Below, piece by piece: positions 1-10,365 of a stretch of 64,000 bases of DNA (its first letter is position 1; every line of letters begins with the position of its first letter). Origin of the DNA: a virus. Location of the stretch: positions 31,097-95,096 of IMG/VR virus record IMGVR_UViG_3300047557_002467. One strand, 5' to 3'. Position numbers and translations under genes: made by a program. Below the pieces are notes generated by a model that was not told where the DNA came from, did not search any database, and was given only the letters and a program-made list of their open reading frames with translations.

Positions 1-522
1 ATATTCTACCATTTTGTCTACAACTTCACCAATCAAAGGTGCTCCTTCATTGTATTCTACTAGAGATAGTTCTATTAGAACGTATGAAGTTCTTTTTAAA
101 GTTTCTTCACCACCTTTCAATATATCTAGTTCTGAGCCTTGAACATCCACTTTGATTAGGTCTATAGGATCTCCAAAAAAGTAATTACGATTATCTAGAG
201 TCTCAGTCTCTACTTCCACTGATTCGTACTTACCTTCACCATACCAATCAGTGTTTTCTTTATACAAGGACGCTCCTGTTCCTACTGGATTAATCTTTTC
301 AACATATAGATTTGCTTTTCCCTTCTTGTCAGACAGTGCTACAATATCGTAGGGTTTACCTAGCAGTCTTAGTGCCGGTCCGCAATTCTTATTTGCCTCA
401 ACCATTATAACCCTACAAACTGGATTTCTGTAGTATAGCTGCTTTGTGAAGTTCCCAACGTGCGCTCCGATGTCGAGTGCTGTGTTTGGGACGATATACT
501 TGAAAAGTTTATTCTGTTCCAT
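1..522 (-). CDS. FkbM-family SAM-dependent methyltransferase (3'-truncated by window edge; not in ORF track)
   Basis: Manual translation from ATG at 522: MEQNKLFKYIVPNTALDIGAHVGNFT...MVEAN...ALSDK...IDLIKVDVQGSELDILKG; LDIGA and K-x-D-V-Q-G-x-E are FkbM motifs; open to position 1. Confidence 0.85.
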   Translation of the reverse strand, partial: MEQNKLFKYIVPNTALDIGAHVGNFTKQLYYRNPVCRVIMVEANKNCGPALRLLGKPYDIVALSDKKGKANLYVEKINPVGTGASLYKENTDWYGEGKYESVEVETETLDNRNYFFGDPIDLIKVDVQGSELDILKGGEETLKRTSYVLIELSLVEYNEGAPLIGEVVDKMVEY

Positions 523-1175
523 AAATCATCGTTTAATAGTAATTCGTAGTAGCCTACTACATGTTCTACACTAGGACCTAAATAATCGTTGTTTAGAATC
601 TCAAACTTAATATCATCTTTCCAAAAAAAACTCATTTCGTAGATTTCTCTGTTAGGATCTCCAATTCCAACAAGTTCTGGTATGTGCTCTATAAAATTAA
701 GCTTTGGCAAAGCTGTATAAACACCGTTCTTGAAAGTGTAAATCCACCTATGATGAATGTATCCGAGCCATGGTTGATCTGCAACCTTTGAAAGTTCTGC
801 ATACTTGCTTGGTGTTGCTATGAAACCCTCCTTTGCTATTTTAGGCATCATCTTTAGAGTAAGAGCAGGTAATGCTAGGTCTTCCAAAGTATGAGAACAT
901 AAACAAAAGTCAAATTTACCATTCTCTTCTACATACCTTTCTACTACTTTCCAATCATTTTCGTAGTTTAGATTAACTTTAAAAACCTTAATCCTACTGC
1001 TTTCAAAATCATTCATGTCTATTATGTAGTCAGTAAGATCATAGGACCAGTTTGTATAGTTTACTGATCCGCCTATATCTACAACCTTATAAGAAGAATT
1101 CTCTTTCTTCTTACTTCTAATATACTCTTTTACGTGTTCTCTTATGCCTGGAGATAATTGTATATTATAAACCAT
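405..1175 (-). CDS. class I SAM-dependent methyltransferase-like protein
   Basis: VVDIGG motif I and FDFCLCSHTLED motif; located in GT/MT cluster. Confidence 0.65.
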   Translation of the reverse strand: MVYNIQLSPGIREHVKEYIRSKKKENSSYKVVDIGGSVNYTNWSYDLTDYIIDMNDFESSRIKVFKVNLNYENDWKVVERYVEENGKFDFCLCSHTLEDLALPALTLKMMPKIAKEGFIATPSKYAELSKVADQPWLGYIHHRWIYTFKNGVYTALPKLNFIEHIPELVGIGDPNREIYEMSFFWKDDIKFEILNNDYLGPSVEHVVGYYELLLNDDLWNRINFSSISSQTQHSTSERTLGTSQSSYTTEIQFVGL

Positions 1176-2070
1176 TTAAAAGATTTGTCCATTCATTAAT
1201 TCTCGTATCCCAACTCCATCTCGGAGCATAAACTTGTTTTTGAAGTTCTAATTCATCATCTAATTTACCTATCTTAATTTTACTAATCTCGTCTTCTAGT
1301 ATGTCTGCAAACACTTTTGCGTGTTTGTCTTTATCCATCAAATAAGGATACATTCTTGCCCATCCTTCTGTCGTTTCAGGTAATGCACCTAAATTAGAAG
1401 TTACTACTCTCAGACCTGCTGATAGTGCTTCGATTACTGCAATGCACGATGTTTCTTCAAAGGTATTTGGATAGGCTAGGATATCAAAAGTAGGAAGCTC
1501 TTTTCTTAAGCTTTCATTTGTACTAAACCCTCTATAAACTATTCCTGGTGTATTTCTACACTCGTCAAATAAATCTTCGTAGTTACCTGCATTCGATATA
1601 GCAAAGTCTTTTCCATAGATCTTTGTACTCGAAAAAACATGCAGTTCACAATCTTTACTATCTATCAATTTCCAAGCCTTTATTAACACATCAAGACCTC
1701 GCCAAGGTGTTGAAATATAACACAACCTAACCTTATCTCTTTTACCTGGCTGTCTTTGTTCTACTCCTATGCATGCATTCTTAATTACTCTAGTTTTGTA
1801 TCCTGGAATGTTGTAGATCTTTCTAAACATCTCTGCTTGCCAGTGCGATACGTATACAAACCTACTTATTTTCTCTACGTTAGCGGGATCAGATAGAAAT
1901 TCTACTGCTTTTTGATCGTATGATAACTGATTCCAATAAACTGTAGGCTTACTAAAATCAGCATACACAGGATAATTAAATATTGATATGTCATTTTTAT
2001 AAGCTCGTGGTAGTCTACTCATGAGCTCTTCATACATAATCTCCGTACCACCCATTGGTTTATCAAGCAT
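1165..2070 (-). CDS. GT-B glycosyltransferase (GT4-like)
   Basis: GGTE N-terminus, VSHWQ, STPWRGL, ETSCIAVIEALSAG (E-x7-E), GALPET. Confidence 0.85.
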   Translation of the reverse strand: MLDKPMGGTEIMYEELMSRLPRAYKNDISIFNYPVYADFSKPTVYWNQLSYDQKAVEFLSDPANVEKISRFVYVSHWQAEMFRKIYNIPGYKTRVIKNACIGVEQRQPGKRDKVRLCYISTPWRGLDVLIKAWKLIDSKDCELHVFSSTKIYGKDFAISNAGNYEDLFDECRNTPGIVYRGFSTNESLRKELPTFDILAYPNTFEETSCIAVIEALSAGLRVVTSNLGALPETTEGWARMYPYLMDKDKHAKVFADILEDEISKIKIGKLDDELELQKQVYAPRWSWDTRINEWTNLLNGL

Positions 2071-2719
2071 ATCCTATACTTTCTATGAATTTATTAAAAT
2101 CACCTTTCCACTTCTTTGTTCCTATGTGATTAAGTGTAATAGTTGGATCTAGCCATACTTTATATCCCAAAGACTTCCATTTATTTCCAATAATATAGTC
2201 TTCTGAAATAAGGTCTCCGTTTTCAACTTTAATATCGCATATCATTCTATGCTCTTCACCTTCTGATAGGTACCCTTCGCTTATTTCCCAGAGGCTTTCT
2301 AATGCAAATCTTGATATTCTCATAAAGCCTGTACCTACCCCATCTACTTCAATGAGCTTTTTATCTTCAGACCATTTGAGCTTTTTATCCACAAGCTTTA
2401 CTGTATAACCTTCTTTTTCAGATTTCTTAACAAGTGCACCACCAACTATGTGTTCTGGTCTGTCTAATAATCTAAAGAACCACTCTGGTTCCCATTCACA
2501 GTCAGAATCAATAAAGAATAGATCGTCATAGTCACCAGTCAAGGCTAAACGAACTAAACTATTTCTTGCACGCTGAATGAGTGAATCGTAGGAAGTGTAA
2601 ATTGCATGAACATGTATGCCTTTCTTTTCTGCAATCTTCACTGTCTGTATTAGTGAATTAGCAAACCATACATCAATTCTACCGTCGTAGGATGGTGTAC
2701 CTATCAAAACTCTTCTCAT
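2063..2719 (-). CDS. GT-A fold glycosyltransferase (GT2-like)
   Basis: RARN, FIDSD (DxD), GTGFM, SEDY, HIG motifs. Confidence 0.75.
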   Translation of the reverse strand: MRRVLIGTPSYDGRIDVWFANSLIQTVKIAEKKGIHVHAIYTSYDSLIQRARNSLVRLALTGDYDDLFFIDSDCEWEPEWFFRLLDRPEHIVGGALVKKSEKEGYTVKLVDKKLKWSEDKKLIEVDGVGTGFMRISRFALESLWEISEGYLSEGEEHRMICDIKVENGDLISEDYIIGNKWKSLGYKVWLDPTITLNHIGTKKWKGDFNKFIESIGYA

Positions 2720-2723
2720 AACT

Positions 2724-2754
2724 AGAATATAATAATTTTTTTAATTCAATCCAA
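2724..2754 (-). promoter_or_regulatory. Bacteroidota-type sigma70 promoter-like site (-33 TTG / -7 TAnnTT)
   Basis: Coding strand TTG-N20-TATATTCT just upstream of the GT gene starting at 2719. Confidence 0.55.
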
Positions 2755-2759
2755 CTTTT

Positions 2760-3995
2760 TTACAGAGTACAAGCGATATTACAATTTGCATTACTTGGAG
2801 CTCCTGATAAATCTATACCATCGTCTGGAGGTACTGTAGAACTAATGACCTTATACACAAAACTGTCACCTATGTTATAGAAGTTGTTAATAGTTAAAGC
2901 TGTGCTACTAAATGCTACAAATGATTGAACATAAGCACAACTATTAGCACAATCGTGTTGATCTACATTATAATAGAAACCTGGTATAGTTGTAGTTGTG
3001 GTTGTAGTACTCGTAGTGGTAGTAGTAGTAGTAGTCGTGGTAGTTGTTGTGGTTGTAGGTATGTTTTGTGTTGAGTATCTACTATAAAACTCATCATATA
3101 GAAATCCTATTTGTTGTACTGTTAAGGAACTCGTCCAAAAGGAAACAGAACCTATCCTATACCCACCATAACTTCCTTCTAGATTTCTTATACCCATTTT
3201 TATATTATAACCTGTTGTAGCAGTTGGTATACTAGTACCAACAGAATCTGATGATACTTCTGAGTTGTTTACATAGGATTTAATTATTGGACTTGCTGGA
3301 TTAGAGCAATCAAAGGTACCAACAAAATGCCACCAGTTATTAAGCAAATTATTGTCTGTATAGAAAGCTGATAAAGAGCTAACACTATCCTTCCATGAAT
3401 TATTTTCTATACTAGAGTTATTAAAATTATTCCTAGTCTCTATTGTCATTCCATTTAAGGAAGAAGTGAAGCTATTCCAAGTATTTACTGCAAAAAGACC
3501 AGCATTAGTATTAAGTCCCGCAAAAGTTATATTCGTAGGAAGAAACATTATGCTTACAGTCCAATTAGATCCTGAAAGATTAGGTCCTGCATTAACCCAG
3601 AAACTTTGGCTTGCAATACTAGTTGAATTTAATTCGTAGTATGATGCTGTTCCAAAGCTTCCGGTTCTAACAGAACCGGTTTGTATTAAATTATACGCTG
3701 ATCCTCCGTTACCTATATTAACTGCAGTAATTCCATCGTAGCTACTACTATACGGATCGTATTTTATAAGGGCTTCTGGAAGAGAGCTAAATGACCCAGC
3801 CGTATATCCATACCAAGAACTGAAGCTATGTGGTGGTGCTTGAGTTAAACTACCACTCTGACCTCCTAAATACACCAACGATCCTACAGTAGGTGTTGAT
3901 GCGCCTGCAAATATAGAATTAGCAGCATTAAATGCTTTACCTACTTCTACACTAAACATACTCATTGATAACGGTCCTGAAGATGGGATTGGCAT
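2760..3995 (-). CDS. virion-associated protein: LamG/ConA-like domain, poly-Thr linker, small Cys-containing C-terminal domain
   Basis: WWHFVGTFD..YVNN and IGSVSFW..SLT..QI LamG-like motifs; T15-S-T7 tract; MPIPSSGPLSMS start typical of phage fibre-associated proteins. Confidence 0.65.
   Translation of the reverse strand: MPIPSSGPLSMSMFSVEVGKAFNAANSIFAGASTPTVGSLVYLGGQSGSLTQAPPHSFSSWYGYTAGSFSSLPEALIKYDPYSSSYDGITAVNIGNGGSAYNLIQTGSVRTGSFGTASYYELNSTSIASQSFWVNAGPNLSGSNWTVSIMFLPTNITFAGLNTNAGLFAVNTWNSFTSSLNGMTIETRNNFNNSSIENNSWKDSVSSLSAFYTDNNLLNNWWHFVGTFDCSNPASPIIKSYVNNSEVSSDSVGTSIPTATTGYNIKMGIRNLEGSYGGYRIGSVSFWTSSLTVQQIGFLYDEFYSRYSTQNIPTTTTTTTTTTTTTTTSTTTTTTTIPGFYYNVDQHDCANSCAYVQSFVAFSSTALTINNFYNIGDSFVYKVISSTVPPDDGIDLSGAPSNANCNIACTL
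2988..3056 (-). repeat. poly-Thr (mucin-like) codon tract
   Basis: 23 codons T15-S-T7 with mixed ACN codons. Confidence 0.9.
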
Positions 3996-3999
3996 AACC

Positions 4000-6900
4000 T
4001 TACTCTAATTTTGATTTAACGTACTCTTCTAGTTTTTTAATTTGTTCACTTTGTTCTTTAATTGCTTGAATAAGAAGCGGAACAATCTTTTCATACTTAA
4101 CTGCCTTATATCCGTTTGCTCTTGTAGTTACTACTTCAGGCAATACTTTTTCTATTTCTTGAGCAATAACACCTATATCGTGACCTTCAAATCCGTGTAT
4201 CTCTTCATTAGGAATCCAATCAAACTCGTATCCCGTAATCTCTGCTATCTTAAACAATGCATCTTGAATAGGTGTTACATTGGTTTTCAATCTTTCATCC
4301 GATGTACTAAACGCTACTACGTCATTTGAAGCATCAATACGACCTACTGTAGCTGATGGTGCTATACCTCCTACTGCAAGTGATCCTGATATACCTGCAC
4401 TACCGGTTATCATATTTAAGGTACCGTTCCAATGAAACCTTACATTACCACCACCATCTGCAAGTACTACGTTGTTATTAGTACCTGCTGCAAGAGTTAC
4501 ATTTGCACCTACGACTGTATTGCAAGCACCTGTTGTTATAGCACATCCAGCAAGTGACCCAATTGTTGTATTTAGAGTACCCGTAGTAACAGAATATAGA
4601 GATCTATCACCTACAGCAGTGTTTTGAGTACCTGTAGTATTTGCTCTCAATGAATTGACACCTACTGCTGTATTACATATTCCAGTAGTGTTTGCTATAA
4701 GAGTGTTTGCACCAAGTGCTGTATTTGCAGCACCAGTAGTGTTTGCACACAAACTAGCATGTCCGAAGGCTAGGTTATCAAATCCGGTCGTATTAGCAAC
4801 AAGTGCATTTGTTCCAACTGCAACGTTTCTAACACCGGTAGTGTTAGAATTTAAAGCTCTATAACCAACAGCTACGTTTGCGTTTGCAGAAGTTGACCCA
4901 AAGTTTTGATTACCTAAAGCACAAAAGCCTACTGCTACGTTGGCATTTCCTGTTGTACTAAACCTCATTGCACTATGGCCTACTACAGTGTTTCGATTAC
5001 CAATGGTATTTAATCCTAGAGTAATGCTACCTAAAGCTGTGTTGTATGCACCGTAGGTGTTACACAACATGGATGAAAAGCCTATTGCTTCGTTGAAGCT
5101 TCCTGTTATATTTTTATAAAGTGCTCCACTACCTACAGCTGTGTTACCTCTTCCTGTAGTATTTACTCTCAAAGCACTCTCTCCTACAGCTGTGCTAGAG
5201 CAACCTGTCGTGTTAGCATCTAAAGCGTAGGATCCAACAGCTGTATTTCTACAACCAATAGTATTCAACCTTAATGCCCTAAATCCAATTCCAACGTTAT
5301 CTGGACCTGTTGTATTAGTTCTTAGTGCTTGAGCACCTACTGCTGTAGTATTCGATGCTGTGTTATATCTTAAAGAATAATAACCAACCGCAACATTATT
5401 TACACCAGTACTATTTGTGTACAATGCACTGCGACCTACAGCTGTATTTCTACAACCAGTAGTGTTAAGTCTCATTGTTTGAATACCTAACGCTACGTTA
5501 TTAGACCCTAGAGTGTTTGAGAAAAGACTTAAGTATCCTACAGCAGTATTATTTGGTGCAACATTATTACGTAAACTGTTTACTCCTACTGCAGTATTAT
5601 TATTGCTTGATACGTTCGCACATAATGCGTAACTACCTACTGCTGTATTAGTGAGACCTGAAGAGTTGAATCTTAAAGCATTTAAACCCAATGCAGTGTT
5701 GTTACTGCCTGATGCATTAGAACAAAGTGCAGCATAGCCTAATGCAGTGTTCTGTGATCCTGATTGATTTAGTCTTAATGCGTTTGTACCAACTGCTGTG
5801 TTGCAAGAAGTTGTTAAGTTACATAAGAGAGCATATCTTCCAACAGCTGTATTATTATTACCAACTGTATTATTCCTTAATGAGTAAGATCCAACTGCTG
5901 TATTGCAATTACCTGTTGTATTAAAAAGTAAAGTTGCTCTACCAACTGCAACATTACTAATACCATATGTGTTATTACGTAATCCCCACAAACCTACTGC
6001 TACGTTATCGTTACCTGTTGTATTACGATTTAATGCGCACAAACCGATTCCTACATTATTATTACCTATTGTATTGCATAATAAAGCTCTATAACCAACT
6101 GCTACGTTATTGAAACCAGTTGTATTAGCGTAAAGTGTTTGAGTTCCTATTGAAGTATTAAAACTACCTATTGTATTAAATCGTAAGGCAGATAGACCTA
6201 AAGCTGTATTAAATGAACCTTCTGTGTTATCTCTTAACGCATTAACACCTAATGCTACGTTACTACTACCCGACGTGTTAGCACAAAGTGCTGCATATCC
6301 TAATGCTGTGTTAAATGAACCAGATTGAGCTAATCTTAGTGCGTTATAACCTACAGCTGTATTACAAGATGTTGTTATGTTACATAGAAGAGCACTTCCT
6401 CCTAAACCAACGTTGAAAGTACCTGTTGTATTATTAAATAATACACCAGAACCTATAGCTGTATTACTTGATACTCTGTTATTAAATAAAGCTTGCTGAC
6501 CTACTGCAGTGTTATTTTGACCTGATGTATTACACCTCATCGCTTGCTCACCTACAGCCACATTCAAATTACCTGTGGTATTTCCGTACAATGCTCCGTA
6601 ACCTACAGCAATATTACTTCTACCCGAAATATTAGAAAATAAAGCACTAGCACCTAAAGCAACATTTCTACATCCAGTTGTATTAACCCTTAATGCAATA
6701 TTACCTACTGCAACATTTCTATCACCAACCGTATTAGCTCTTAGAGCTGTGTTACCAATTGCAACGTTTGCAACTCCTGTTGTATTATATCTTAAAGCAT
6801 CTGCACCAAATGCGTTGTTTGCACTTCCTGATATATTACTGCAAAGTGCATTATATCCAAATGCATTATTAAGAGATCCTGATTGAGATAGTCTTAATGC

Positions 6901-9291
6901 ATTTGCACCTACTGCAGTGTTGCAAGAAGTTGTTAAGTTGCAAAGTAGTGCAGCTGAACCAATAGCTACATTATTAACACCTGTTGTATTAAATCTTAAT
7001 GCACTACCACCTATTGCTATGTTACTGTTTCCAGTTGTATTAAAATATAATGAATAAACTCCTAAAGCAATATTAGAATTACCTGTTGTATTACATCTCA
7101 TTGATACAAAGCCAGATGCAAAGTTAAAACAACCTATAGTGTTAGCAATTAGAGCTTCATGTCCAATAGCAACATTATATCTGCCTGTGGTATTGCTGCC
7201 TAAAGAACGATTACCTATTGCTGTATTACCAATACCTGTGGTATTGTTGAGAAGTGAATAAAAACCCACTGCTGTATTAAGAGATCCTACTGAATTTGCT
7301 CTTAAAGCTAAATGACCTATCGCGGTATTACCACTACCCGATACATTAGAACATAGAGCAGAGAAGCCTAATGCTGTATTAAGTGATCCTGATGCATTAT
7401 ATCTTAATGCGTTTGCACCAACTGCTGTGTTGCAAGAAGTTGTTAGATTAAATTGAAGAGCATTTGAACCAATAGCAGTATTACTTGTACCTGTTGTGTT
7501 TGATGGAAGAGAGTAAGTGCCTAAAGCAGTATTATTTGTACCTATTGTATTAACACCTAAACTTCTGAACCCTACCGCAGTATTACTAAAACCTGTTGTA
7601 TTAAGTCTTAATGAACAAAATCCAACAGCAGTATTATTTTCCCCGGTTGTATTACACTGTAGAGATAAAGTACCGACAGCTGTATTTCTATCAACTAAAC
7701 TACTTTGCAAAGCACCAGAACCTAACGCTACGTTACAAGATGCTGTTACGTTGCTGTATAAAGCATTTGCACCAATTGCTACATTGTTTATCCCTGTAGT
7801 ATTGCACCTCATTGTTAAAGTACCTAGTGCTATGTTATTAGTACCGGTATTTCTGCACAAAGTTATATAGCCTATTGCAATGTTGTTACTTCCACAAGCA
7901 GTAAACATTGCATCATAGCCAATAGCAACATTTCTCGATCCTGCAGCACCAAATAACAAAGTTCTATGTCCTACAGCTACGTTCTTAACGCCACCTGTAT
8001 TGCAGTATAGTGATTGTCTTCCTACAGCTGTATTATTATATCCTGTAAGATTATTTTGTAAAGAGTTTGTACCTACTGCTACATTTTGAAAACCTGATGT
8101 GTTAGCTCTTAAGGCATTAACACCTAGAGCTAAGTTACTACTACCTGATACATTTGCACAAAGTGCTGCGTACCCTAAAGCAGTGTTTTGTGAACCTGAT
8201 TGATTTAATCTTAATGCGTTTCCACCTACTGCAGTGTTTGCTGATGTTGTTATGTTACAGAATAGAGCATGACTGCCTAAACCTGTATTATTGTTACCTG
8301 TTGTATTGTTTCTAAGTGATTGGTATCCTATTGCTGTATTACTGGCACCAGTTGTGTTATTTGATAGTGCTCGATAGCCTACAGCTGTATTTCCTGATAC
8401 CGTATTTGCACGAAGTGCTTGATGACCTATAGCAGTATTACCAGTACCGCTTACAATACTATATAACGATCCTTCTCCAATTGATATATTAAATGAGTTT
8501 CTACCAAATACTTGAGAGTAACCTCCAATAGCAACGTTTTGCTGACCTGTGGTGTTACTTCTTAAAGCACCAATACCAAGTGCAATATTCCTACTTCCAC
8601 CTATATTTGAACACAGTGTGTCTGGTCCAATTGCCACGTTACTATTTCCGGTAGTGTTAAATAACAGAGCAAAAACTCCTACTCCTACATTACCTCCACC
8701 AGATGTAGTACATTGTAATGCTCGATAACCTACAGCCGTGTTGTTAGTACCTGTAGTATTATTTGCTAAGGTAGAAGTACCCAATGCTGTATTAGTAAGT
8801 ACTGCATTGCCACCTCTACCTACAATTATTCCGTCAATTAAGGCATCGTTGATACTAGTTAAATTAGTTACAATAGCACTAGAACCTGATACGTATGATG
8901 CTGAAATTGAAGTAATAGCACTACCGGATATTGATCCTGTAATTCCACCTGATACGTTTAAAGAGCCTGTAATGAAAGTGCTTCCACTAATATCTAGTTT
9001 CCCGTTTAAATTACTTTCTTTTCCAATTCCTACAGAGGATTGGCTTACAAAGAAAGCTCTGGTTCCAAACTGACCAATTCTAACTGTATTATCAGAAAAA
9101 GCTTCAATTACAGGAAGACCGGATACTGTGTTTACGGAAAATAAGGATCCCGACATAGTGTCGTTAATCTGAAATAATCTACCACTGTTTCCGTCCACTG
9201 AAACGAGGGAGGAAGTGGTGGCACTACCAGAACCTATTACACTTAGTACATTTTGAGAACCGGTTACGACCGTACACTGTAAATATGCCAT
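4000..9291 (-). CDS. tail fibre with long array of 14-aa NTAVG repeats and C-terminal intramolecular chaperone (peptidase S74)
   Basis: Tandem N-T-A-V-G-x-x-A-L-x-x-N-T-T-G repeats (YadA-head-like beta-roll); C-terminal SDERLKTNV...GVIAQE...V.YEKIVPLLIQAIKE. Confidence 0.85.
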   Translation of the reverse strand: MAYLQCTVVTGSQNVLSVIGSGSATTSSLVSVDGNSGRLFQINDTMSGSLFSVNTVSGLPVIEAFSDNTVRIGQFGTRAFFVSQSSVGIGKESNLNGKLDISGSTFITGSLNVSGGITGSISGSAITSISASYVSGSSAIVTNLTSINDALIDGIIVGRGGNAVLTNTALGTSTLANNTTGTNNTAVGYRALQCTTSGGGNVGVGVFALLFNTTGNSNVAIGPDTLCSNIGGSRNIALGIGALRSNTTGQQNVAIGGYSQVFGRNSFNISIGEGSLYSIVSGTGNTAIGHQALRANTVSGNTAVGYRALSNNTTGASNTAIGYQSLRNNTTGNNNTGLGSHALFCNITTSANTAVGGNALRLNQSGSQNTALGYAALCANVSGSSNLALGVNALRANTSGFQNVAVGTNSLQNNLTGYNNTAVGRQSLYCNTGGVKNVAVGHRTLLFGAAGSRNVAIGYDAMFTACGSNNIAIGYITLCRNTGTNNIALGTLTMRCNTTGINNVAIGANALYSNVTASCNVALGSGALQSSLVDRNTAVGTLSLQCNTTGENNTAVGFCSLRLNTTGFSNTAVGFRSLGVNTIGTNNTALGTYSLPSNTTGTSNTAIGSNALQFNLTTSCNTAVGANALRYNASGSLNTALGFSALCSNVSGSGNTAIGHLALRANSVGSLNTAVGFYSLLNNTTGIGNTAIGNRSLGSNTTGRYNVAIGHEALIANTIGCFNFASGFVSMRCNTTGNSNIALGVYSLYFNTTGNSNIAIGGSALRFNTTGVNNVAIGSAALLCNLTTSCNTAVGANALRLSQSGSLNNAFGYNALCSNISGSANNAFGADALRYNTTGVANVAIGNTALRANTVGDRNVAVGNIALRVNTTGCRNVALGASALFSNISGRSNIAVGYGALYGNTTGNLNVAVGEQAMRCNTSGQNNTAVGQQALFNNRVSSNTAIGSGVLFNNTTGTFNVGLGGSALLCNITTSCNTAVGYNALRLAQSGSFNTALGYAALCANTSGSSNVALGVNALRDNTEGSFNTALGLSALRFNTIGSFNTSIGTQTLYANTTGFNNVAVGYRALLCNTIGNNNVGIGLCALNRNTTGNDNVAVGLWGLRNNTYGISNVAVGRATLLFNTTGNCNTAVGSYSLRNNTVGNNNTAVGRYALLCNLTTSCNTAVGTNALRLNQSGSQNTALGYAALCSNASGSNNTALGLNALRFNSSGLTNTAVGSYALCANVSSNNNTAVGVNSLRNNVAPNNTAVGYLSLFSNTLGSNNVALGIQTMRLNTTGCRNTAVGRSALYTNSTGVNNVAVGYYSLRYNTASNTTAVGAQALRTNTTGPDNVGIGFRALRLNTIGCRNTAVGSYALDANTTGCSSTAVGESALRVNTTGRGNTAVGSGALYKNITGSFNEAIGFSSMLCNTYGAYNTALGSITLGLNTIGNRNTVVGHSAMRFSTTGNANVAVGFCALGNQNFGSTSANANVAVGYRALNSNTTGVRNVAVGTNALVANTTGFDNLAFGHASLCANTTGAANTALGANTLIANTTGICNTAVGVNSLRANTTGTQNTAVGDRSLYSVTTGTLNTTIGSLAGCAITTGACNTVVGANVTLAAGTNNNVVLADGGGNVRFHWNGTLNMITGSAGISGSLAVGGIAPSATVGRIDASNDVVAFSTSDERLKTNVTPIQDALFKIAEITGYEFDWIPNEEIHGFEGHDIGVIAQEIEKVLPEVVTTRANGYKAVKYEKIVPLLIQAIKEQSEQIKKLEEYVKSKLE

Positions 9292-9330
9292 ATATCTCCT
9301 GCAGTTTTACTTGGATACTTATCCTTGCAT

Positions 9331-9338
9331 ATAAATAG
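9331..9338 (-). promoter_or_regulatory. putative late promoter motif (C/A)TATTTAT
   Basis: CTATTTAT on coding strand upstream of fibre gene; one of about 13 gene-proximal copies. Confidence 0.55.
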
Positions 9339-9363
9339 ATACTTTGACCAAAAGCATGCTTAT

Positions 9364-9630
9364 TTACGGTTCAGGATTTGGATCCGACCACTCCGGAGTT
9401 GCTAGAATTTCTAGTATTTCATTGTAGGTATAAGGACCTTCCTTTGTTGTTAGTGCTGCTACGGAAGACGGGATCGTGGTTCCGTCCCATTTTACAAATG
9501 TCTTAGTTTCGTCTACTGACTTTCTAACTGTGTCAATTGATGTTTCTAATACTTCGTTGAAATTAATTTGATGTAATTCAGATACTTCAAATATCATGAA
9601 TTCTCTGTTATCGTATTGTCCTTCTACCAT
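9364..9630 (-). CDS. small hypothetical protein (fibre cluster)
   Basis: 88-aa ORF co-oriented and tightly packed. Confidence 0.7.
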   Translation of the reverse strand: MVEGQYDNREFMIFEVSELHQINFNEVLETSIDTVRKSVDETKTFVKWDGTTIPSSVAALTTKEGPYTYNEILEILATPEWSDPNPEP

Positions 9631-9642
9631 AGTTTTATTGTT

Positions 9643-10362
9643 TTATAGTCCGAATCTTGATTTTTGTGCGTTGTAGTTTTGTGCTACTTCTGAAGCTGAA
9701 AGGGCTCTGTTATACATTTTTACTGAGCTTATTGCCATGTTTATATTATTAAAACCGTTACTTCTGCTTCCAACTGCTAAGGTTGTTGTAGTGTTTGTGA
9801 TATTAGATGTTATTTGGATAGAAGTTGATTGTAAAACACCGTTAAAATACATTCTATAAAAATTACCGTCGTAGGTACTTAAAAATTGACCCCATTTTTG
9901 TAATACTAAACTTGTTGCTAGAAAAGCATTAGCTCCAGTTTGTACGTTACTTGCAAATCTTTCAGCTGAGAATTGTACAGTTGACTCTGTCATATTTGCT
10001 AATATCAAATTATATCCATCTCTACCAACAACTATACTATTTTCACGGCTTACCATCATTCTAGCACCTGCTTGCAAAGTTTGTAAGTTACCCCAAATCT
10101 CGATTGTAAAAGGATCAACGTTTAAAAAATTTATAACACTATTAGATGCAAAAGTAGTACTATCATCTGTTCCATCATATACAATACTACCGCCGTTAGC
10201 TGAATTAAAAGTAGGTCCGTTGACTAAAGTACCGTTAATGCCATTTCCGGACATATCTCTCCAAGAAGTTCCACTACCCGGATATGAATTCCTATCCGCA
10301 GCATTTAGCGATAATACTAAGCCTGAAGTTACTATTTGACCAAATGCATATTCTGTTGCCAT
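9643..10362 (-). CDS. LamG/concanavalin A-like lectin domain protein
   Basis: GLVLSLNAADRNSYPGSGTSWRD.SG; YNRALSASEVAQNY; paralog of the next two genes. Confidence 0.8.
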   Translation of the reverse strand: MATEYAFGQIVTSGLVLSLNAADRNSYPGSGTSWRDMSGNGINGTLVNGPTFNSANGGSIVYDGTDDSTTFASNSVINFLNVDPFTIEIWGNLQTLQAGARMMVSRENSIVVGRDGYNLILANMTESTVQFSAERFASNVQTGANAFLATSLVLQKWGQFLSTYDGNFYRMYFNGVLQSTSIQITSNITNTTTTLAVGSRSNGFNNINMAISSVKMYNRALSASEVAQNYNAQKSRFGL

Positions 10363-10365
10363 AAC

